Origin: Mobula hypostoma
Taxonomy: Eukaryota
Reading direction: 5' to 3'
DNA length: 64,000 bases
Assembly (NCBI RefSeq): GCF_963921235.1
Contig: NC_086097.1
Location: 200,200,001 to 200,264,000 of the forward strand
Below, one piece after another: positions 12,416-25,598 of the stretch (the stretch's first letter is position 1; every line of letters begins with the position of its first letter). The position numbers and the translations under genes are program-made. Below the pieces are notes generated by a model, which worked only from the letters and a program-made list of their open reading frames with translations, was not told where the DNA came from and did no database searches.

Positions 12416-13111
12416 TCTCCAACAAAAAGTGTTGTGTACGATAGATGCCTTTGAGAAACTGATATGCTCTTAGCCAAATGGGGCAACAAACCTGAGTTAT
12501 GCTATTGGTTGATTATTATTTTATAACTATATGACAAGGAACTATACCAATTGTTATACTGGTCCTTTGTCAATTTGAATAATGAAAAATAATAATTAAA
12601 TATGTTTCCAGGTTGTCCTGTCAGCCATACTTAAGTAGACTTGCTGATGATATTCCAAGAATGTCTGATCTTTCATTTAGAACATTTTCAAGTTTGTTAA
12701 ATCAAAACATCGTTGTCAGTGATATTGCATTCAATTGCTGAGAATTGCTAATTAAGAGGCTGAGGAACAAATAATTTGCTGGAGATACTGCCCTTGGGAT
12801 TTAATTTAATTTAAGCTTAATAACATGCCAGATTGAATAGCAGAAACAGAGTACAACTACATAATTAAACAAAATCTACAGGACTCCCGGCTGTTGCGAA
12901 ATTAGCTTTATGACATGGTACCTTCCGGAAAACTTCCTTTCTGTTCACGTGAAATGTGGCTTGACTAAGATAACATCATGACTTCTTGGTATCATTCAAG
13001 CATTGGGTATCTGATTTAATTATCCTTGTAAGCATTTATTTTGCCAATCAAACCAGATTAATTAGTGCTTCATAGCATTGAAAAGCAGTGTGCTTTAACT
13101 ACACCATTGAC

Positions 13112-13130
13112 CAATGATCATAAAAATGCC
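13112..13130 (-). CDS. Candidate 19-nt microexon (GIFMII+G)
   Basis: Acceptor cctttgaatttttag; weak donor G|gtcaat; phase 0 to 1 bridges HQRE to VCNGGG. Confidence 0.35.
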
Positions 13131-13189
13131 CTAAAAATTCAAAGGATTTGTCTTCCCAATGACGACTGCTTAATTGTCATAAGCAGTTG

Positions 13190-13328
13190 GACATGGCATC
13201 AATGGTTACGGGGAGAAGGCCAGGAACTGGGGTTGAGGAGGAGATTTTTAAAAAAGGATCAGCCATGATTGAATGGCAGAGCAGACTCGATGGGCCAGAT
13301 GGCCTAATTCTGCTCCTATGTCTTATAA
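13190..13328 (+). mobile_element. CR1 3'UTR fragment
   Basis: ggttacggggagaaggc...gactcgatgggccagatggcctaattctgctcctatgtctta. Confidence 0.75.
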
Positions 13329-13974
13329 GTAAATTAAGAAAGACTGGGCTTGGATATTTATCATTAAAATGATCATCAGATTATAAATAACATTTTAATA
13401 TGTTTAAATTTGCAATATTATTCAGTTAAAAATAAGAAAACTATTTTGTAGTTCATTTATTCCAATGGAAATGACAATTAAAGCAAATAATTTAATATTA
13501 TTTACATAAATGCTAGTTCAAATATAATGTAATGATGTTATTTTGTGATATACCCTTCTTTTCTCAAACAACCAGTGGGAACAATGATTTTATACAAGCA
13601 GACTCAGCAAATGATACAAAACCAGGGGGAAAAAATGAACACCTCAGGTCAATAATCCTTTACTGGGATTCTAAAATTGAGAAAAACACTTAAAAAAAAT
13701 ATTTTTGGAGGGGTAAGCGGTGGTGAGAAAAAGCAGAATGTATGTGACAATGTGGAGATGAAGATGTTCAACTGTTGCTTTGTTTTGGAGTTGTCTAGCT
13801 AAGAGAAGAATAGGTTGAACAGAGAAAAAATATAAAAATAACATCTGAACTTTAAAAGGCTGAACACAACAGTTGCAGTAATTCTGAAACAAAAGAGAAT
13901 GCTGATGGTATCTAGCAGATTAGTTGGATGACATTGCATCAGGACTGGTCTGTTCTTTCTACAATGTAAAACAT

Positions 13975-14087
13975 GCACATTTTCCTGTATTCCAGTTCTG
14001 ATGATGGGTCATTGACCTGAAACATTAAATCTGTTTCTCGCTTTGCAAATGCTGCCTGGCCTGTTGAGCATTTCAATCTTCCAGCAT
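13975..14087 (+). mobile_element. Penelope-like pLTR fragment with minimal hammerhead motif, split by CR1 insertion (resumes 19766-19790)
   Basis: agtt-CTGATGA-stem-GAAAC; gctgcctggcctgttgag; ccagcat|ctgcag is rejoined across the CR1. Confidence 0.65.
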
Positions 14088-14214
14088 AGAACACTACAGC
14101 ACAGAAAACAGGCCATTTGGCCCTTCTAATATGTGCTGAAACTTTATTCCTATAGTCCCATTGACCCGCACCCAGTCCATAACACTCCAGACCTCTCCTA
14201 TCCATGTATCTATC

Positions 14215-15448
14215 TTTTTTTAAAAAAATTTTCTTTTCCAATATTTTTATTAATTTACATATAAAAATACAGAGTACAGGAAAAAATATATCAATATATT
14301 ATACTAATTTGCATATAAAGACTCCTTACCCTATATTCATACAGGTTAATTAATTCATAACATTGAAATATAGTAATTTTATTATATAAAAAATCTAACC
14401 CACTACCAAGACTGAAGCTGATTAGTAAAGAAAAAAAGGAAAAAAAAATATTAGTCATCATCTGTGCTTTAACAACAAATCAAAGGTTTTGAAAATAATT
14501 CAGAAAAGGTCCCCACAATGTTTGAAAGTCTTGACTAGATTCAGAGATTGAGTATCGAATCTTCTCTAAATTTAAACGTGCCATCACATCACGTAACCAT
14601 TGAGCGTGAATAGGAGGGGCCGAATCTTTCCATTTAAGCAAGAGCATCCTTCTGGCCGTAAGAGAAACAAAAGCCCAAATATGCAAGTCAGATGACTCCA
14701 AGATAATACCCTTTCCTCCAACAATACTAAATAAAGCGGTCAAAGGATTAGGCTTAAAGTTTACTTTAAAAAATATCGAGAAAGTTTGAAATATTTCTTT
14801 CCAATATTTTCCAAGACTCGGACATGTCCAAAACATATGAATGAGTGAAGCTTCTCCATTATTACATTTATCACAATACAGAGATATATCTAAATAAAAA
14901 CAAGACAACTGATCCTTGGTCATGTGGGCCCTATGGACCACTAATTGTAGGAGTGAGTGGCGGGCACATAACGATGAAGTGTTAACCAATTTAAAAATTT
15001 GATTCCAAGTTTCCTCAGAAATTAAAGTCTGTAAATCTTGTTCCCAAAGATTTTTAATTTTATCTAAAGAAACACTTCTCATTCCCAGCAGCATATTGTA
15101 AATATTAGATATAGATCCATTCTAAAAAGGTTTCAAATTAAAACTTACATCTAGTAGATTCTTATCAGGATTTTAGGAAATGTACTTTATTTGAGACCAT
15201 AAAAAATCTCTTATTTGTAGATATCAAAAAAAAGAGTTTTGGGTAAACTATATTTTGCTGACAGTTGTTTAAACGAAAAGAGACTTTCCTCTACAAACAA
15301 GCCCTGGAAGCACTTAATACCTAATCTATCCCATTCTTTAAAAGCCTCATCAATCATACAGGGTTTAAAAAATAATTAGAAAAAATGGGACTCGAAAGAG
15401 AAAATCTCAATAAGCCAAAGTATTTTAGGAATTGTATCCAAATTCGAT
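14215..15448 (-). mobile_element. L1-clade LINE 3' fragment
   Basis: ORF 14480-15094 with CCHC/zf-RVT region (CDKC...SLIHMFWTCP); A-rich tail; 12-bp TSD catgtatctatc at 14203-14214 and 15449-15460. Confidence 0.9.
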
Positions 15449-15882
15449 CATGTATCTATCCAATTTGTTCTTAAAACTTAAGAGTGAGCCCGTATTTAAC
15501 ACGTCAGATGGCAGCTCGTTCCACACTCCCACCACTCTCGCAGTGAAGAAGTTCTCCCTAATTTTCCCCTTCAATCTTTCTCCTTTCACCCTAAAGCCAT
15601 GTCCTCTCATGTTTATCTCTCCTAATCTAAGTGGAAAGAGCCTACTCGCATTTATTCTGTCTATACCCCTCATTATTTTGTAAACCTCTATCAAATCTCC
15701 CTTCATTCTTCTACGCTCCAAGGAATAAAGTCCTAACCTGTTCAATCTTTCCCTGTAACTCAACTCCTGAAGACCCAGCAAATCTTCTCTGCACACTTTC
15801 AATCTTACTGATATCCTTCCTATAGTTAGGTGACCAGAACTGCACACAATATTCCAAATTTGGTCTCACCAATGTCTTATAC

Positions 15883-17273
15883 CAGGGGTCCCCAACCTGT
15901 TTTGCACTACGGACCAGTTTAATATTGACAATATTCTTGCGGACTGGACGACCGGGGGAGGGGGGGTGGTGGGGTAGGGTTGCCAACTTTCTCACGGTGT
16001 TCACACTGAGAAAAACTACCATGACCATGAAGCTTTGCGCAGGCACCTGTGTGAGCATGTGTGACGTGCGCATACATGCCGTGCGTATGCGTGTACATGC
16101 CAATTTTTTTTCTACAAATCAATTTTGGCGATTCTGTTCAGTGAAACTACACTGTGCATACATTATTTCTACTTCATATAGGTTGTGTATTTATCATATC
16201 ATTCCTGCTTTTACTATATGTTAGTGTTATTTTAGATTTTATGTGTTATTTGGTATGATTTGGTATGTTATTTCTTGGGTCTGGGAACGCTCAAAAACTT
16301 TTCCCATATAAATTAATGGTAATTGCTTATTCGCTTTATGCCATTTCGGCACAAAAGGTTTCATAGGAATGCTCTACCTTAGCTGGGGAAATACAGGACA
16401 AGGGCAGTCCCGTATGGGACAAACCAATATAGCCCAATAGAGGGGATGTCCTGGCTAATACGGGACAGTTGTCAACCCTAGTGGGGGGGGGGTATTAATC
16501 ACGACCGGAATATAGGTGATAAGTCAACTATAAGTCACTTATAAGTGGCTAATACACTCAATTTCGTTTCTAAAAAGGTTTATCTAACGAATTTAATATT
16601 AAACACACAGCGCATATTTTCCTCGCATGAATATAGTGATAAGTCAGTTATAAGTCACTTATGTCAATAGCATCATAATATTTTAAGTAACATTTGGATA
16701 TTAAACACACAGCGCATATTTTCCAGTATGAACATATAAAATCATTGCAACACACCAATATTGCTGAATCAGTGGGAGCCCTGGGCTTGTTTTCCTGCAA
16801 CAAGACGGTCCCATCGAGGGGTGATGGGAGACAGCGATACTCAAAGGGGGTTCCTTATGTCCAGTCTATTCCGCGATGTAGTTTGCGTTGCATTCATTGC
16901 AAAAAACCCCGCTTTGCAGGGATATGTTGGAAATGGAAGCAACGTTTTCAGTGCTTTCGTGGCTATCTCAGGATACTTAGCCATGACTTTGATCCAGAAC
17001 GCCAGCAGAGATGTTATGTCAAACATACTTTTCAGCCCGCCATCATTTGCAAGCTCGAGTTTGCAAGTTGATCTTCTTCCCGCACTGACCTGGATGACGC
17101 GTGGGTAATGACCTCACGTACATTCAAGTTCAACAGTGCGTGACTGGGAATGAGGAAAAATGCAGCTGACTCATATCATTTCATATTGCCAAATCATATT
17201 GTTTCTTCGCGGCCCGGTAGCACATGCTTTGCGGCCTAGTACCAGTCCGCGGCCCGGTAGTTGGGGACCACTG
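15883..17273 (-). mobile_element. Non-autonomous hAT element, Buster/Charlie group
   Basis: TIRs CAGGGGTCCCCAAC / GTTGGGGACCACTG; exact 8-bp TSD tctTAtac; ORF 16841-17026 is a hAT C-terminal dimerisation domain remnant (FW...YPEIATKALKTLLPFPTY.C..GF..M...RNRL). Confidence 0.92.
15975..16480. mobile_element. MITE with TAGGGTTG TIRs nested in the Buster element
   Basis: TAGGGTTGCCAACT ... AGTTGTCAACCCTA (13/14 match); subterminal gggaca motifs; flanked by gtgggg. Confidence 0.7.
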
Positions 17274-20200
17274 TCTTATACAACCTTCACATAACATCCC
17301 AACTCCCATTCTCAATACTTTGATTTATGAACGCCAGGATGCCAAAAGCCTTCTTAACCACCCTGTCCACCTTTGATGCCACTTTCAGGGAATTTTGTAT
17401 CTGAACTCCCAGATCCCTTTGTTCCTCTGCACTCCTCAGTGCCCTACCATTTACTGTGTATGTCCTACCTTGATTTGTCCTTCCAAAATGCAACACCTCA
17501 CATTTGTCTGCATTAAATTCCATCTGCCATTTTCTAGTCCATTTTTCCAGCTGGTCCAGATCCCCCTGCAAGGTTTGAAAGCCTTCCTCACCGTCCATAA
17601 CACCTCGAATCTTAGTGCCATCAGCAAACTTGCTGATCCAATTTTCCACATTTTCATCTAGATTATTGATATAGACAACAAACAACAATGGTCCCAGCAC
17701 AGATCCCTGAGGCACACCACTAGTCACAGGCCTCCAGTCAGAGAAGCAATTATCCACTACCACTCTCTGTCTTCTCCCACACAGCCAACTTCAAATCCAG
17801 TTTACAACCTCTCCATGGATATCTACTGTATGAACTTTCTGAACTAACCTCCCATGTGGGACCTTGTCAAAGACCTTACTAAATTCCATGTAGACAACAT
17901 CCACAGCCTTTCCCACATCTACTTTCGTTGTAACCTCCTCAAAAAACTCTACAAGATTCATCAAACACTATCTACCATGCACAATGCCATGCTGACTACT
18001 CTTAATCAGCCCTTGGCTGTCCAAATACTTGTATATCCGATCCCTTAGAACACCTTCCAATAATTTACCTACTACTGGTGTTAGGCTCACTGGTCTGTAA
18101 TTGCCTGGTTTACTTTTAGAGCCTTTTTTAAACAACGGAACAACATGAGACACCCTCCAGTCCTCTGGCACCGCACCCATGACTAAGGATATATTAATTA
18201 TTTCTGCCAGAGCCCCTGCAATATCTACACTAGTCTCTCTCAATGTTCGAGGAAATATCCTGTCAGGCCCGGGGGATTTATCTATCTTTATTCGCTGTAA
18301 GGCAGCAAGCACCTCCTCCTCTTTAATCTCTATACATTCCATGAGACTACTGCTTGTTTCCCTTCCTTCCATATACACTCTGCCAGTTTCCTGAGTAAAT
18401 ACTGATGAAAAAAAACTGTTTAAGATCTCCCCTAACTCCTGAGGCTCCACACATAGATGACCATTCTGATCTTCTAGGGGACCAATTTTGTCCCTTAATA
18501 TCCTTTTACTCTTAATATACTTGTAGAAACCCCTCGGGTTTACCTTCACATTATCTGCCAAAGCAACCTCATGTCTTCTTTTTGCTTTCCTGATTTCCTT
18601 CTTTAGTATTTTCTTTCATTTTCTGTACTCTTCAAGTACCTCATTTATTCCTAGTTGCCTATACCTGCTATACACCCCTCTCTTTTCCTTAACCAGAACG
18701 CCAATATCCCTTGAAAACCAAGGTTTCCTGTGCCTGTTAAATTTGCCTTTAATCCTGGCAGGAACATGCAAACTCTGCACTCTCAAAATTTCGCCTTTGA
18801 AGGCCTTCCACTTACTGAAAACATCCTTGCCAGAAAACAACTTATCCCAATCCACTCTTCCTAGATCCTTTCTCATCTCCACAAAATTGGCCATTCTCCA
18901 ACTTAGAACCTCAACTCGAGGACCAGATCTATCTTTATCCGTAATTAACTTGAAACTAATGACATTATGGTCACTGGACCCAAAATGTTCACCAACACAT
19001 ACTTCTGACACCTGACCTGTCTGGTTCCTTAATACTGTAGGAGATCAAGTATTGCATCCTCTCTCATTGGTACCTCCATATATTGATTTAGAAAACTTTC
19101 CTGAACACATTTGACAAACTCCAAGCCATCCAGCCCTTTCACAGTGTGGGAGTCCCAGTCAATATGTGGAAAGTTAAAATCCCCTACTATTACAACTTTC
19201 AGTTTCTTACATCAGTCTGCTATCTCTCTACAGATTTGCTCCTCCAATTCTCTCTGACTATTAGGCGGTCTATAATACAACACTATTAGTGTGGTTGAAT
19301 CTTTCCCATTCCTCAGTTCCACCATATGGCCTTTGTAGACAAGCCCTCCGGGCTGTCCTGTCTAGGCACAGCTGTGATATTCTCCCTGACTAATAATGCC
19401 ACTCCTCCCCCTTTTATCCCTTCCCCTCTGTCACGTCTGAAACAAGAGAACCCCGGAACATTAAGCTGCCAGTCCTGCCACTCCTGCAACCAAGTCTCAG
19501 TAATAGCAATAATGTCGTAATCCCACGTGCTAATCCACGCCCTGAGCTCATCTGCCTTACCTACAATACTCCTTGCATTGAAATAGATGCACCTGAGAAC
19601 ATTCCTACCTCGTACAAACCTTTGACTTCTGTCTGTACTTGCAGTTCTCTCATGACCTTTATTCTCCTCCACCTCACTATCTGCTCTAGCACTCTGGTTC
19701 CCCTCCCCCTGCAAATCTAGTTTAAACACCCCCGGAGCAGCACTAGCAAACCCTCCCGCAAGGATGCATCTGCAGTTTTTTTGATTTTCATGTTTCTTTA
19801 TAATTTGGTCCAATCTCAGACAGTGACTTGTGAATGGTATACAATCAATAAGTTGGAAAAAGAGAGCACATGCAAAGACATTTGTCTTCCCACATCAGCC
19901 GGAAGCAGACAGAACTGAACCCTGGGTTAGCAGTGTAATAAATAAAAGATGGCACAGACGTGATGTCAAGGCAGTTATCAGTGTACATAAAAAACCTTGC
20001 ATTGCTTTTCATTTGATATAACAAAAGGTAAGCATACAGGTAAGAATTATAATCATTAAATTGTTTGCTTATCATAAGGCTAGCAGAAGCTAAAATCACA
20101 AATTTGTATATCAGTTTATTCATATTTACCGAGGTTGTCTTGTTTACAATCATTATAAAAGTGTATTGATACCGTACAAGGTAAAAGTATAACAAAGTGC

Positions 20201-20810
20201 AGAATACAGTGTTGCAGTACAGGAAAAGTGCAGTCCAGATAGAGAATAAAGTGCAAGGTCACAATGAGGTAGATCTGATGTCAAGAGTTCATCTTAACAC
20301 ACTAGCAAGCCATGCGATATCTTACTACAGCAGAACAGAACCTGTCCTTGAGCCAAATAGGACAAGCTTCCAGGCTTTTGTAACCTTTGCCCAATGGGAG
20401 GGGGCACATGAAGGAACATCTGGCAGGCAGCTTTACAGACACAGTGAGAAGTCCATGGAGAGGAGGCTGATTTCCTTGATGTGCTGAGCTGTGTCCACAA
20501 CTGTTTGCATTGTAGTCATACACAGAGCAGTTGCTATATCCACCTGTGATGCATCTGAATATGATGCTTGCCATGGGGCATCGATAAAAATCAGTGAGGG
20601 TTAAAGAGGACATGCCCAGTTTCTTTAAACTCCACAGGAAGTAAAGGTACTGGTGAGTTATTTTGACTGTGGTATCAATGTGGTTGACCAGGGCAGGTTA
20701 TTGGTGATATATGTTGTGTGGGTGGGAGAATTTGCTCATAGGGTGTGTGTGAAGTGTCTAGTACAATAGTGCAGTAGTGTAGTAGTGCTTGTAGTTAGTA
20801 CATGCTGCAT

Positions 20811-21304
20811 GCCTCCGACCTGATGGCATGAACACTGACTTCTCTAACTTCCGTTAATGCCCCACCTCTCCTTCGTACCCCATCCCTTGGTTATTTATTA
20901 TTTTTTTTTCTTTTTCCTTTTTCTTCTCTCTTTTTTCTCCCTCTGTCCCTCTCACTGTAACTCCTTGCCCATCCTCTGGGCTTCTCCCCCACCTTTCTTT
21001 CTCCCTAGGCCTCCCGTACACATGATCCTCTCCCTTCTCCAGCCTCGTAACCATTTTGCCAATCAACTTTCCAGCTCAGCTCCATCCCTCCCCCTCCTGT
21101 CTTCTCCTACCATTTTGGATCTCCCCCTCCCCCTCCCACTTTCAAACCCCTTACTCACTCTTCTTTCAGTTAGTCCTGACGAAGGGTCTCACCCCCAAAC
21201 GTCGACCGTACCTCTTCCTATAGATGCTGCCTGGCCTGCTGCGTTCACCAGCAATTTTTGTGTGTTTTGCTTGAATTTCCAGCATCTGTAGATTTCCTCA
21301 TGTG
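20811..21304 (+). mobile_element. Penelope-like element 3' part inserted in the RTE 5'UTR
   Basis: PDGMN.DFSNF-type GIY-YIG C-terminal end, polypyrimidine tract, CTGACGA hammerhead-like motif; TSD tgctgcat at 20803-20810 and 21305-21312. Confidence 0.8.
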
Positions 21305-24211
21305 TGCTGCATAGTGCTCTCTGCTTGCTGCTCTTTGCTTACAGCTATTGCCGCTGGCTAGCCTTCTTAATAAAGGGTGAAAAGAGAAACCGAGTGTGTA
21401 AGCCTCCTCCTGCCAGTACAGAGCCTCTCCACCACCAAGACTCCTGCAGTGTCTCCTTGGGACCACACATGGAAACTGAGTATCTTATGGTCCCAGACTA
21501 AACTACAGGGGATCTCGGAGCAGCAATGGGCCTCAGAGACGTGGTGTGCACCCACCACTGCGTGGACACGCCCTGGCGCCCGTCAACCACTGTCCCAGCA
21601 ATGTTACCGCACCTATCGGGTTATTCCACTACCGTGGTCGAAATAAGAAACAATACAACCTAAAACTGGCAACGTAGAATGTAAGGACTCGTATGGCATC
21701 TCTGACAGACCTCACTGGAGAACAACCTTGATCGCTGCTGAGCTGAGGCGCTACAACATTGATGTTGCTGTCCTGAGTGAGGCCAGACTCCTGGATGAAG
21801 GCTCTTTAACAGAGGAAGGGATGGGTTACACCTTCTTCTGGAAAGGTCTCCCCCCAGGTGGACAACATCTCCATGGTGTAGGATTGACCATCAAGAACAC
21901 CTTTCTACCAAGTCTCACAGAAACACCTGTTGGCATTAGTGAAAGACAATGACCCTCCGTATCCACCTGGCAAAGAAACGTTATGCCAAGCTTCTCAGTG
22001 CCTATGCACCAACTTTGCCATCTGAGAATGAGGTCAAGGAATGCTTTTATCAGACATTGGATGAAACTCTTTGCCGGATCCCTAAGAATGATAAGAACCT
22101 TTTGCTTGGGGACTTCAACGCTAGGGTGGTACAGAACAACAGGACATGGAGTGGAGTGCTAGGTAGGCATGGTATTGGCAAGGTGAATGCAAATGGCATG
22201 AGGCTACTTACTCTTTGCTCTGAGCATAACCTTACCATAACCAATACCATCTTCCAGCAGAAGGCAAAATATAAGACCTCGTGGATGCACCCTCGCTTTA
22301 AGCATTGGCACATGATCCACTTCATCATTGTGAGACGTAGTGACATCAAGGATGTTCTTATCACCTGTGCCATGAGAGGTGCAGAGTGCTGTACTGACCA
22401 CCGTATGATTTTGGCCAAGCTCCATATGAAAGTGCGTCCCCCCTTGCGGCTGCAAAAACCCAATAAAAAGCGGCTAAATTGCAACCACCTGAGAAACACA
22501 GAAGCAAGAAGTGAGTTTCAACGCATCCTAGCTGAGAAACTAAGGGAGCTGGAACCTTGTCTGAGCTCAGAAAATACCATGGAACAACAGTGGACCTATA
22601 TCAGCTCTGCACTCTACGAGGCAGCAGCCCAATCCATCGGCCATAAGAGCAGGAACCACCAAGACTGGTTTGACAATAACTCAGACACCATCCACAACTT
22701 GCTTAAGGACATGCACAAAGCACACCAGGCAACTTTAGACAACCCGTCATCCACCAGCATCAGACAGCATTGGCAGGCAGCTTGGAGGAAAGTGCAAAAG
22801 GCAATTCGGGCCATACAAAATGAGTGGTGGACTGAAAAGGCACATGAAATTCAGTCCTTTGCCGATAATAATGACATGCATAATTTTTACAATGCTGTCA
22901 AAACCATCTACGGCCCAATAAATCAATGCGTCACTCCCCTGAAAACAGCACATGGTCTAACACTTCTGAAGAATCAGAATACCATTCTGCTGAAGTGGGC
23001 TGAGTATTTTAACACCCTGCTTAATCAGGACTCTGACGCAGACCCCACCATCCTGGACCAACTGCCTGAACTTCCTCCTATCCACGACCTCAGTCTACCA
23101 GCAACCTTCCAGGAGGTTCTATCAGCTGTCCATTCCCTTAAGAACACCAAGTTCCCTGGCACTGACAGTATCCCTGCTGAGTTACTGAAGAACGGAGGGT
23201 ACATGTGTATGCGCACCCTCTACCAGTACATCACCAAGGCCTGGACTGATGAGAACATCCCACAGCAACGGAGAAATGTAAACATCATTGTTATTTATAA
23301 GAACAAGAGTAACAAGACCACCTACGGCAATAGTAGGGGCATATCACTCCTTTCTGTTGCTGGAAAAGTCCTGGCTAAGGTGATGCTTCAGAGACTCATA
23401 GCAACATCACTGAGTCAATGCTGCATGAATCGCATTGTGGATTTAGGAAGAACAGGAGCATGATTGACATGATCTTCACAGACCGGCAGCTTCAGGAAAA
23501 GTGCTGGGAGCAACATTAGGACTTGCCTATGGCCTTTGTCGACCTCTCCAAAGCATTCAACACTGTGCAAAGAGAGCTCTTATGAGAGCTCCTCCTCAGG
23601 TTTGGCTGTCCCAATAAATTTGCTAACATCCTCCACCAGTTCCATGATGGGATGACTGCTCGGGTAACCAAAGAAGGACAAGAGTCCGAGCCCTTCCTTG
23701 TACGCACAGGGGTGAGGCAGGGGTGTGTGCTAGCGCCATTGCTCTTTAACATCTTCCTCTTGTGTGTTACCAAGCTTCTCTACAATGAGATTGAAGACAG
23801 CAGTGGTGTGGCAGTGGACGTCAGATTAGATGGAAACCTCTTTGACATCAGGAGGCTACACACAACCACCAAACTCCGTACAGAGCAGGTCCTGGAGCTG
23901 CAGTATGCAGACGACTGTGCTCTTGTAGCCCATACTCCGGAGGATCTTCAGGCTGTCCTTGCTGTGGTGGTGAGAGCGTACAGCAGGATGGGGCTGACTG
24001 TCAATACCACCAAGACAGAAGTGGTTTGCCAGTGGAGTACCAGTGTCCCACCAACTCTACCTGCCTTCACTGTTGGTGATGAAAAGCTGTCAATAGTGCC
24101 ATCTTTCAAATATCTGGGGAGCATTCTCTCTGAGGATAGCGGCATTGACAATGACATCCAGAGCCGCATTAAACAGGCATCAGCTGCTTTTGGGAGACTT
24201 TATCGTAGAGT

Positions 24212-25185
24212 AGAAACCATAGAAACCATAGAAAAACTACAGCACAGAAACAGGCCTTTTGGCCCTTCTTGGCTGTGCCAAACCATTTTCTGCCTAGTCC
24301 CACTGACCTGCACACGGACCATATCCCTCCATACACCTCCCATCCATGTATCTGTCCAATTTATTCTTAAATGTTAAAAAGAACCCGCATTTACCACTTT
24401 ATCTGGCAGCTCATTCCATACTCCCACCACTCTCTCCGTGAAGAACCCCCCCCCTAATGTTTCCTTTAAACTTTTCCCCCCTCACCCTTAACCCATGTCC
24501 TCTGGTTTTTTTCTCCCCTTGCCTCAGTGGAAAAAGCCTGCTTGCTTTCACTCTATCTATACCTATCATAATTTTATATACCTCTATCAAATCTCCCCTC
24601 ATTCTTCTACGCTCCAGGGAATAAAGTCCTAACCTATTCAACCTTTCTCTGTAACTGAGTTTCTCAAGTCCTGGCAACATCCTTGTAAACCTTCTCTGCA
24701 CTCTTTCAACCTTATTAATATCCTTCCTGTAATTTGGTGACCAAAACTGAACACAATACTCCAGATTCAGCCTCACCAATGCCTTATACAACCTCATCAT
24801 AACATTCCAGCTCTTATACTCAATACTTTGATTAATAAAGGCCAATGTACCAAAAGCTCTCTTTACAACCCTATCTACCTGTGACGCCACTTCTAGGGAA
24901 TTTTGTATCTGTATTCCCAGATCCCTCTGTTCCACTGCACTCCTCAGTGCCTTACCATTAACCCTGTATGTTCTACCTTGGTTTGTCCTTCCAACGTGCA
25001 ATACCTCACACTTGTCTGTATTAAACTCCATCTGCCATTTTTCAGCCCATTTTCCCAGCTGGTCCAAGTCCCTCTGCAGGCTCTGAAAACCTTCCTCACT
25101 GTCCACTACACCTCCAATCTTTGTATCATCAGCAAATTTGCTGATCCAATTTACCACATTATCATCCAGATCATTGATGTAGATA
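24212..25185 (-). mobile_element. Young 5'-truncated CR1 inserted in the RTE
   Basis: ORF 24411-25157 (FADDTK...[10 protein letters not shown]...LYSLERRR); (agaaaccat)n tail. Confidence 0.92.
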
Positions 25186-25339
25186 GTCTTTCAGAACAGG
25201 AGCCTTTGTCCCTCCACAAAGGTTGCCGTATAGCAAGCGGTCTATGTCACCACCCTCCTTTATAGCTGCGAAGCTTGGGTAACCTACAGCCATCACATTA
25301 AGTCCTTGGAGCACTTCCACATAAGTTGCCTCCTGCGTA

Positions 25340-25598
25340 TAACCACATAACCGTATAACCATATAACAATTACAGCACAGAAACAGGCCATCTCGGCCCT
25401 TCTAGTCCGTGCCCAACTCTTACTCTCGCCTACTCCCACCGACCTGCACTCAGCCCATAACCCTCCAATCCTTTCCTGTCCATATAGCTGTCCAATTTAA
25501 CTTTAAATGACAACATTGAACCTGCCTCAACCACTTCTGCTGGAAGCTCGTTCCACACAGCTACCACTCTCTGAGTAAAGAAGTTCCCCCTCATGTTA
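25340..25598 (-). mobile_element. Short CR1 3' fragment inserted in the RTE
   Basis: FFTQRVVAVWNELP-coding segment and 3'UTR with (ataacc)n tail. Confidence 0.85.

Larger units (their letters stand above)
14088..19765 (-). mobile_element. Near full-length CR1/HER1 LINE (end of ORF1 plus complete but disrupted ORF2), interrupted by L1 and hAT insertions
   Basis: APE endonuclease (YFNARSI...IAITETW; SSDHNVI), RT ([24 protein letters not shown]), C-terminus (LYSLERRR) and 3' tail. Confidence 0.95.

Noticed and set aside
19313..19813. ORF with a novel N-terminus before the endonuclease
   Set aside because: N-terminus is flanking pLTR/unique DNA fused to the truncated CR1 ORF1-ORF2 boundary.
24212..24235. 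Short tandem repeats (agaaaccat; also agaccata at 37721 and gaacata at 7132) as a CRISPR-like or functional array
   Set aside because: These are ordinary CR1 3' terminal microsatellite tails with no spacers.
21949..24377. Longest ORFs (504 aa and 241 aa) as a novel RT or defence system
   Set aside because: They are pieces of one disrupted RTE LINE ORF; the tail of the 241-aa ORF is read-through into an antisense CR1.
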